This document shows, one piece after another, positions 58,701-64,000 of a stretch of 64,000 bases of DNA. Where the stretch lies: the NCBI GenBank assembly GCA_026401035.1, contig JAPLNR010000051.1, positions 15,114 to 79,113 of the forward strand, in the 5' to 3' direction. Source of the stretch: Planctomycetia bacterium (GTDB taxonomy: Bacteria > Planctomycetota > Planctomycetia > Pirellulales > UBA1268). The position numbers and the translations under genes were made by a program. The notes under the pieces were generated by a model. That model was not told the origin of the DNA. It saw only the letters and a list, made by a program, of their open reading frames with translations, and made no database searches. Positions within the stretch are counted from its first letter, which is position 1; each line of letters begins with the position of its first letter.

Positions 58701-59938
58701 CGCGGATTGCCGAGGCGATCGTGTCGGCGATCGACAAGGGGGCCGCCGACGAGGCCGTCTGGCTCGGCGCCGAACTGGCGAAGAATCGCGTGTCGATTCC
58801 CGCCGCCATGAACCGGCTCATCGCGCTTGCCGAGTCGGAGCCGAAGGTGGTGCCGCCGCTCGTCAAGCAGCTCTCCCAGGCCGACGAACTCCCTGAGGCG
58901 GCGGTGCCGCTTCTGATCCGCGTGACGGCCGATAAGGCGCTCGACCACGACACCCGCAACTTCGCGATCACGGCCCTTTGCAAAGTGGATAGCGCCGCTG
59001 CGGTCACGGCGGTTCTGCAGGGGTTCACGATCTCGGCGGGGGGCAATGAATACTGGCGGGGCCGCAATGCGTTCCGCGGCTATTCGTTTCTGACGAAGCA
59101 CCATCAGCTTCTCATCGACGCGGCCGCCCGCGATGACGGCACGTCGCGGATCGCCGAGGAAGCACTCTTTAAGATCGCCGCCAACGTGCTCGCTCCGCCG
59201 GCCGTACGGGACGATGTCGTCCGGGCGATCCAAGCCGGTTGGAACCAGGGGCCGAAGCGGCAGCGGCAGATCGTCGATGTGGCACGCGAGACGCGGTATG
59301 CCGAGCCAGCGCTCGCCCGGCTGATCGCCCGAATCGTGAAATCCGATGACGAAGCGTTGGCGAAGGCTGCCCAGGAGTATTTCAAGTCGCTGAACCTCGA
59401 CCCGGAGAAGGTGCTCACGGCGAAGGACGAGCCGCCGGCGAAGCTCGTGGGTGCCATGCCGGTCGACGAGGCGATCGCAGCCGCCGTGGCCCTGAAGGGG
59501 GACCGCGGCCGCGGCGACCAGCTCTTCAACCAACTGGCCTGCGTGGCCTGCCACACGACGAAGGCCGATCTCCCGCCGAAGGGCCCGTATCTCGGCAACA
59601 CCGCGGCGATCTACAAGCGGGCGGAGCTGGCGGCCGCGGTGCTCGAACCGTCGAAGACGATCGCCCAGGGATTCACGACGAACGTGATCCTGCTCGATGA
59701 CGGCCGCGTGCTCACGGGGTTCGTCACCCGGGAGGCGGCCGACACGGTATCGCTGCGGCTGGCCGATGCGACGGAGGTGACGATCCGGAAGGACTCGATC
59801 GATGAGCGCAACAAGCTCGAAGGCGTGTCGGTGATGCCGGCAGGGCTCGTGGCCAACATCACCCCCGAAGACTTCGCGTCGCTGCTCACCTACGTGCAGT
59901 CGCTCGTGCCTGCATCAGCCCACGGACAGGGGCAGTGA
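55796..59938 (+). CDS. Fusion protein: ThuA-like domain + putative membrane-bound dehydrogenase beta-propeller + HEAT repeats + cytochrome c domain
   Basis: Trimmed to the ATG at 55796 (GGAAGGA RBS), 1380 aa. ThuA-like KLLVFYRADGYPHASIP...KGFAGNHGAGD...RVFYCALGH. The paralogous remainder resembles the 14422-17472 protein. C-terminal heme site CVACH. Confidence 0.85.
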   Translation: MGSCSTMCLAGRCLAGRILVGLFVAHVLTAAGRLQAQTAPQLPPAVVQKQPNPGPNGERPWEEIPETEVEKIRAALPEKAETSPKQPRKLLVFYRADGYPHASIPHWNKLIQLLGEKTGAYEATFSQNYADLMPGKIEQYDALFFNNTCRMVTPPEVKTAIQAFVKGGKGFAGNHGAGDNWHDWAEGLEMVGAEFARHPFGSIVLKVDDPASPLTAMFGGQSFPYSDEIYTFRSPYARDKLRVLLSIDYDKSPDVVKGEQRARERGGQDAGSMRADHDYALAWVRPWQKGRVFYCALGHRAEVTFDPRMARFFLAGIQYALGDLAADDTPVGGKPSPAEPPKQPEIFGDLTFADGLDVQPFAAPPMIVAPVFVSANADGVLYVSSDPNGSVGNERGKGRILRVVDNDDDGRADTVTDFVTKIDSPRGIVAEGDTVYVLHPPHISRFTDTNGDGVADQSQVIAKNIGWDLSARKADHGSNGLSLGIDGWIYAAIGDFGFTKAEGTDGRTAQLRGGGVIRVRRDGTGLEVYARGTRNILEVTMSPLLDGFARDNTNDGGGWNVRFHHITGLEDHGYPSVFRNFADEVVAPIVDYGGGSGCGGAWMGEPGWPGQWSNQPIEADWGRQIVYGHALSPKGATFEEKKPPAEFCALKKEVTRGNAFRPTDVDVDAQGRMFLVSWRDGGFNAGSTTGFIFRIAPYAQVPWLFPDRSTVKPVDLAKLMASRGHRGRQEAQRLLVTRGLDAEARTVLGDIARGKSITPGNEKDLPPLECRVAAIFTLAQADGEQAWPLLVELAADPAVAAWAIRALVDDERIAAKAPIDPIKAGLVSPDARVRREAAVAVARIGKPEVAPLVAPLLGDADPLVAHTARQALVRLRAIEPCLAVFDDSAAPPNRVAMAVQAIERLYEKPVTDGLIERLAKTADPALRRPLLAALCRLYHREGEWKGDGWGTVPDTRGPYYQPETWSESPRIAEAIVSAIDKGAADEAVWLGAELAKNRVSIPAAMNRLIALAESEPKVVPPLVKQLSQADELPEAAVPLLIRVTADKALDHDTRNFAITALCKVDSAAAVTAVLQGFTISAGGNEYWRGRNAFRGYSFLTKHHQLLIDAAARDDGTSRIAEEALFKIAANVLAPPAVRDDVVRAIQAGWNQGPKRQRQIVDVARETRYAEPALARLIARIVKSDDEALAKAAQEYFKSLNLDPEKVLTAKDEPPAKLVGAMPVDEAIAAAVALKGDRGRGDQLFNQLACVACHTTKADLPPKGPYLGNTAAIYKRAELAAAVLEPSKTIAQGFTTNVILLDDGRVLTGFVTREAADTVSLRLADATEVTIRKDSIDERNKLEGVSVMPAGLVANITPEDFASLLTYVQSLVPASAHGQGQ

Positions 59939-61392
59939 TGACCGGCCGCCGGATGCTTGTGTTTCACCGGGTCGCGACGTTCATGCTCGTGGCACTGGCC
60001 GCGCTGCCGGCGGCGGTGCAGGGCGAGGTGGTCGTGTCGCCTCTCTTCTCCGATTGCGTCATGCTGCAGCGGGGTCAGCCGATCCGCGTGTGGGGCCGGG
60101 CCGAGCCGGGTGAGGACGTGCGGGTGTCGCTCGGCGAGGCGAACGGTTCGGTGGCAGCCGACGCGGGAGGCGAGTGGATCATCGAACTGCCGGCCCGGGA
60201 CGCGGGCGAAAACCTCGAACTCGTCGTGGAAGGCCGCAACCGCATCGTCGTGAAGGACGTCATCCTCGGCGATATCTGGCTGTGCGCGGGCCAATCGAAC
60301 ATGGCGTGGCCGCTGCATGCCTGCGCGGCCAAGGACGACATCAAGGTGGCAGACTTCCCCCGGATCCGTCGGATCAAGATCGCGAACGAAGCGTCCACCG
60401 GGCCGAGGGACGAGCCGCCCGTCAAAACCCCCTGGCAACGCTGCCACCCCGACACGGTGGGAGCCTTCACGGGCGTGGGCTTCTATTTCGCCCGCGAGGT
60501 GCAGGGCAAGACAGGCGTGCCGATCGGGCTGCTCGACAACAACTGGAATGGCACCCGGATCGAGCGCTGGATCGCCGGCGAGGGCGTTCGTGGCGTGCCG
60601 GAGTTGGCGAAGGAATATGCCGCCCGGAAGGGCGGCTGGAGCGACATCCACCATGCGATGATCCACCCGCTGCAGCGGTTTCCGATCAAGGGCGTGCTCT
60701 GGTACCAGGGGGAATCGAATGGGAACGAGGGAGACAGCTACTTCCACAAACTGCGAGCGCTCATCGGCGGATGGCGGCAGCAATGGGGCCGTGACGACCT
60801 GCCCTTTTATATCGTGCAGCTCTCCAACGGCGGTGCGCCGAATGAGGATCCTGCCGGAGGGGCTGGCTGCATGCGGCTTCGCGAGGCCCAGGCGCGAGCC
60901 TTGACGATTCCTCGGACGGGCCTGGCCGTCGCGATCGACACCGTGCCGCTCAAGGAGGCCCAGGCCAATCTCCACTCGACGAACAAGCTCGATGTGGGCG
61001 TGCGCCTGGCCCAATGGGCGCTCCATCACGACTATGGCATGGCCGGCCTCGAGCCGTCTGGCCCGCTTTTTCAGTCGATGCAGGTGGAGGGGGAGCGGAT
61101 CAGGCTTTCGTTCGCGCACGTCGGCCCCGGCCTGATGCTCGGCAGAAAATTGGGACGGGAGCCGGTTATCGAGGACAAGGCGGGCCCACTCCGGCGGTTT
61201 GCGATCGCAGGCGCCGACAAGAAATGGGTCTGGGCCGAGGCCACGATCGACGCCGACACTGTCGTCGTGTCGTCGCCAGACGTGCCGGCACCGGTCGCCG
61301 TCCGCTACGCCTACTCGAGCAACCCGGACGGCGCAAATCTCTACAATCGTGCCGGACTGCCGGCGGCGCCGTTTCGTACTGATTCATGGTGA
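59938..61392 (+). CDS. Sialate O-acetylesterase-like (SASA/DUF303 family) carbohydrate esterase
   Basis: The ATG at 59938 shares its A with the upstream TGA. DIWLCAGQSNMAWPL (GQSNM catalytic Ser motif), GVLWYQGESN, LPFYIVQL. Confidence 0.8.
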   Translation: MTGRRMLVFHRVATFMLVALAALPAAVQGEVVVSPLFSDCVMLQRGQPIRVWGRAEPGEDVRVSLGEANGSVAADAGGEWIIELPARDAGENLELVVEGRNRIVVKDVILGDIWLCAGQSNMAWPLHACAAKDDIKVADFPRIRRIKIANEASTGPRDEPPVKTPWQRCHPDTVGAFTGVGFYFAREVQGKTGVPIGLLDNNWNGTRIERWIAGEGVRGVPELAKEYAARKGGWSDIHHAMIHPLQRFPIKGVLWYQGESNGNEGDSYFHKLRALIGGWRQQWGRDDLPFYIVQLSNGGAPNEDPAGGAGCMRLREAQARALTIPRTGLAVAIDTVPLKEAQANLHSTNKLDVGVRLAQWALHHDYGMAGLEPSGPLFQSMQVEGERIRLSFAHVGPGLMLGRKLGREPVIEDKAGPLRRFAIAGADKKWVWAEATIDADTVVVSSPDVPAPVAVRYAYSSNPDGANLYNRAGLPAAPFRTDSW

Positions 61393-61435
61393 TCGACAAC
61401 AGGTTTTCCAGAGGATTTCTCCCAGGAGGTATTCG

Positions 61436-62845
61436 ATGACCCGTCCCCGTGTTTCCCGGCCCGTGTCTGCAGCAGCGCTCCCCCGCCGCGGTTTTCTCGC
61501 GGCCACGTCGGCCGTTTCAGCAGGCTACTGGATCGCGCCTGAAACAAAAGCCGCCGACGGCACGTCGTCGAGCGCCAATGAGGAAATCCGGTTCGCCTGC
61601 ATTGGCATCGGCGGCAAGGGCGCGAGTGACGCGGGCGAGGCCGCCCGCCATGGCAAGATCGTGGCGGTGGCCGACGTCGACGCCAACCAGCTGAAGCGGG
61701 CCACGACGGCCTACGAGGGGGCGAAGCAGTATGCTGACTTTCGCCGCATGCTCGATGAGATGGGCAAGGAGTTCGACGCCGTCACGGTCAGCACGCCCGA
61801 TCATCTGCACATCACCGCCGCCGGAATGGCGCTGGGGAAGGGCAAGCACTGTTTCTGCCAGAAGCCGCTCACCCGCACGCTCGGCGAGGCGCGGCTGCTT
61901 GGCGAGTTAGCGCGGTCGCAGAAGGTGGCCACGCAGATGGGCAACCAAGGCACGTCCTCGGGCGGCGTCCGCAAACTCGCCGCGTTCATCAAGGGGGGCG
62001 GGCTCGGTACGGTGAAGGAGGTGCATATCTGGACCAACCGGCCCGTCTGGCCCCAGGGGGGCGGCAGGCCTGCTGAAAAACCGGTGCCGGAGAACCTGAG
62101 CTGGGATCTCTGGCTGGGACCGGCTCCCGTGCGGCCTTTCGGTCCTGGCTACCATCCGTTCGCGTGGCGCGGGTTTTGGGATTTCGGCTCGGGTGCGCTT
62201 GGCGACATGGCCTGCCATACGATGAACATGCCCTTCATGGCGCTCGATCTGCGGAATCCGGCGACCGTGCAAGCGACGACGAGCGGTCACACGAAGGAAA
62301 CGTTTCCCAAGTGGTCGGTCATCGACTACACGTTTCCGGCGCTCGGCAGCCGTCCGGCACTCACGATGAAGTGGTACGACGGAGGCAAGTTACCCGATCT
62401 CGGGATGTTTGCAGGCTTGCCCGGCGAGGTGCGGAAGGACAAGGAGGGTAAAGAGGAACAGCTGCCGTTTCAGCTGGCCAACCGCGGGGTGCTCGTGATC
62501 GGCGACAAGGAAAAGCTTTACGCATCGGGCGACGCCTGCGACAGCGGCGGCATGCTCACCACCGGCCGCGTGCCCGATAACGTGAAGTTCGAGCGGTCGC
62601 CGGGCCACTTCGCGGAATTGGTGCGGGCGATCCGCGGCGGTCCGCAGGCCGTGAGCAACTTTCCCGACTACGCGGGGCCGCTGACGGAGACCGGGCTCGT
62701 TGGAAACCTTGCGATCTGGCTGGCCGCGACGGCCGACGAGCCGGGCAAAAAGCTCGACTGGGATCCGGTCGCGCTCGTGGCCAGAAACGCGTCCGAGCTC
62801 GAGCCGCTGATCCGGCCGACCTACCGAGACGGCTGGAAGATCTGA
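61436..62845 (+). CDS. Gfo/Idh/MocA-family oxidoreductase with a Tat signal (second copy)
   Basis: Trimmed to the ATG at 61436 (AGGAGG RBS). LPRRGFLAATSAVSAGY, FACIGIGGKG, STPDHLH, HCFCQKPL. Confidence 0.85.
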   Translation: MTRPRVSRPVSAAALPRRGFLAATSAVSAGYWIAPETKAADGTSSSANEEIRFACIGIGGKGASDAGEAARHGKIVAVADVDANQLKRATTAYEGAKQYADFRRMLDEMGKEFDAVTVSTPDHLHITAAGMALGKGKHCFCQKPLTRTLGEARLLGELARSQKVATQMGNQGTSSGGVRKLAAFIKGGGLGTVKEVHIWTNRPVWPQGGGRPAEKPVPENLSWDLWLGPAPVRPFGPGYHPFAWRGFWDFGSGALGDMACHTMNMPFMALDLRNPATVQATTSGHTKETFPKWSVIDYTFPALGSRPALTMKWYDGGKLPDLGMFAGLPGEVRKDKEGKEEQLPFQLANRGVLVIGDKEKLYASGDACDSGGMLTTGRVPDNVKFERSPGHFAELVRAIRGGPQAVSNFPDYAGPLTETGLVGNLAIWLAATADEPGKKLDWDPVALVARNASELEPLIRPTYRDGWKI

Positions 62846-62903
62846 TTCACAGTCCGTCTCTTTCAAAGGCGGTCTGATCCCAAGAGCACTCGAGGAGCGT
62901 GGT

Positions 62904-64000
62904 ATGCGCGGCGGACAGGCAGGATTCCTTGCGGCGATGGCAGGGCTGGCGGTGGTCTGCCTCGGCGTCCCTGCGGCGAACGGGGCGGAGCCCCGGCACG
63001 ACGTCGTCATCTACGGTGCGACGTCCGGCGGGGTCATCGCCGCGATCCAGGCGAAAGCGATGGGTCGAACCGTGATGATCGTCGAGCCGGGCCGGCATGT
63101 CGGCGGGCTTTCCTCGGGTGGACTGGGCGCCACAGACATTGGCAACAAGGCCGCGATCGGCGGGCTCTCGAGGGAGTTCTACCGGCGGATCGGCCGCCAC
63201 TACTCCGAGGCCTCGGCCTGGAAGCATGAGGGCTACCGCGGCCCTCGAAAGGGATCGACCGACCCGGAGATGTGGACGTTCGAACCGCACGTCGCAGAGC
63301 AGGTTTTCCGTGCATGGCTGGCCGAGGTGGGGGTGGAAGTGGCCTTCGATGGCCGGCTCGACCTCGGTGCCGGGGGCGTCGAAAAGGATGGCCGTCGGAT
63401 CGTCGCCTTCACGACGGAAGACGGCCGCCGGTTCGGCGGTGCGATGTTCATCGATGCGACGTACGAGGGGGATTTGATGGCCAAGGCGGGTGTCTCGTAT
63501 CACGTCGGCCGCGAGGCCCAGAGCGTCTACGGCGAGTCGCTCAACGGGATTCGGACGAAGCAAGCCCGCCATCACCAGTTCACACACCAGGTCGATCCGT
63601 TCGTCGTGCCCGGGGATCGAGCGAGTGGCTTGCTCCCACTCGTCTCTTCCGAGCCGCCGGGCAAGGATGGCGACGGCGACCGCCGGGTGCAGGCCTACAA
63701 CTTCCGGATGTGCACGACCGACGTGCCTGCCAACCGTCGCGACTGGCCCAAACCGGAAGGCTACGACGAAAAGGAGTACGAACTGCTCCTACGCAACTTC
63801 GAGGCGGGCGACCACCGTGTTCCCTGGAATCCTGTCCGGATGCCCAACCGCAAGACCGACACCAACAACAACTACGCCATCAGCACCGACTCTATCGGCG
63901 CAAATTATGACTACCCGGAGGCGGACCACCGGCAGCGGGAACAGATCATCGCCGCCCACCGTCGGTACCAAATGGGGTTGATGTGGACGCTCGCCAATCA
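62904..64000 (+). CDS. FAD-dependent oxidoreductase (planctomycete/verrucomicrobial FAD_oxidored-type), 3' end outside the window
   Basis: Not in the supplied ORF track because it has no stop in the window. The ATG at 62904 follows a GAGGAG RBS, and the frame is open to nt 64000. Signal peptide, then HDVVIYGATSGGVIAAIQAKAMGRTVMIVEPGRHVGGLSSGGLGATDIGNK (dinucleotide-binding motif). Confidence 0.75.
   Translation, partial: MRGGQAGFLAAMAGLAVVCLGVPAANGAEPRHDVVIYGATSGGVIAAIQAKAMGRTVMIVEPGRHVGGLSSGGLGATDIGNKAAIGGLSREFYRRIGRHYSEASAWKHEGYRGPRKGSTDPEMWTFEPHVAEQVFRAWLAEVGVEVAFDGRLDLGAGGVEKDGRRIVAFTTEDGRRFGGAMFIDATYEGDLMAKAGVSYHVGREAQSVYGESLNGIRTKQARHHQFTHQVDPFVVPGDRASGLLPLVSSEPPGKDGDGDRRVQAYNFRMCTTDVPANRRDWPKPEGYDEKEYELLLRNFEAGDHRVPWNPVRMPNRKTDTNNNYAISTDSIGANYDYPEADHRQREQIIAAHRRYQMGLMWTLAN

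Noticed and set aside
57065-59554. 829-aa minus-strand ORF. The same pattern holds for 46938..48785, 36827..38464, 39490..41004, 54322..56061, 43658..44899, 45463..47079, 50213..51508, 55775..56749, 59890..61119 and 8656..10314.
   Set aside because: All are antisense or out-of-frame shadows of well-supported genes, with no recognisable domains and Arg/Pro/Gly/Ala-dominated sequence.

Overview
Very GC-rich bacterial chromosomal segment (GC not computed). The gene repertoire is typical of Planctomycetota: PSCyt/PSD giants paired with DUF1501, dehydrogenase/HEAT/cytochrome-c giants, DUF1080, Tat-signal Gfo/Idh/MocA enzymes and a PVM-type microcompartment. Layout: (1) nt 1-1854, the 3' part of a WD40 protein. 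(2) nt 1886-10808, minus strand, a complete PVM-type bacterial microcompartment (BMC) locus in the order DeoR, PduL, 2x BMC-H, AckA, BMC-P, acylating aldehyde dehydrogenase, BMC-P, unknown encapsulation-peptide protein, BMC-P with tail, class II aldolase, LDH/MDH-like. (3) nt 10.9-17.5 kb, a GNAT, a secreted GxGYxYP-like protein and a dehydrogenase/HEAT/cytochrome-c protein. (4) nt 17.7-19.8 kb, a small decayed accessory patch with one intact Uma2, one truncated Uma2, a frameshifted antitoxin and an internally deleted PIN toxin. (5) nt 20-22.9 kb, a LamG+BNR sialidase-like protein and a DUF1080 protein. (6) nt 23182-42039, an 18.9-kb nine-gene MoxR/DUF58/vWA (Bat-like) operon with five ATGA start/stop overlaps, ending in four large uncharacterised envelope proteins. 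This is my best candidate for an undescribed system. (7) nt 42278-51523, two tandem PSCyt/PSD + DUF1501 pairs. (8) nt 51.6-64 kb, an LRR protein, a double DUF1080, and an operon of Tat-Gfo/Idh/MocA, ThuA-dehydrogenase-HEAT-cytochrome c fusion, sialate O-acetylesterase-like, a second Tat-Gfo/Idh/MocA and a FAD oxidoreductase. The last ORF runs off the window and is missing from the ORF track. I found no rRNA, tRNA, CRISPR array or transposase. Many long ORFs in the track are antisense or out-of-frame shadow ORFs, as expected at this GC content. All family calls come from motif recognition by eye. No database search was run.
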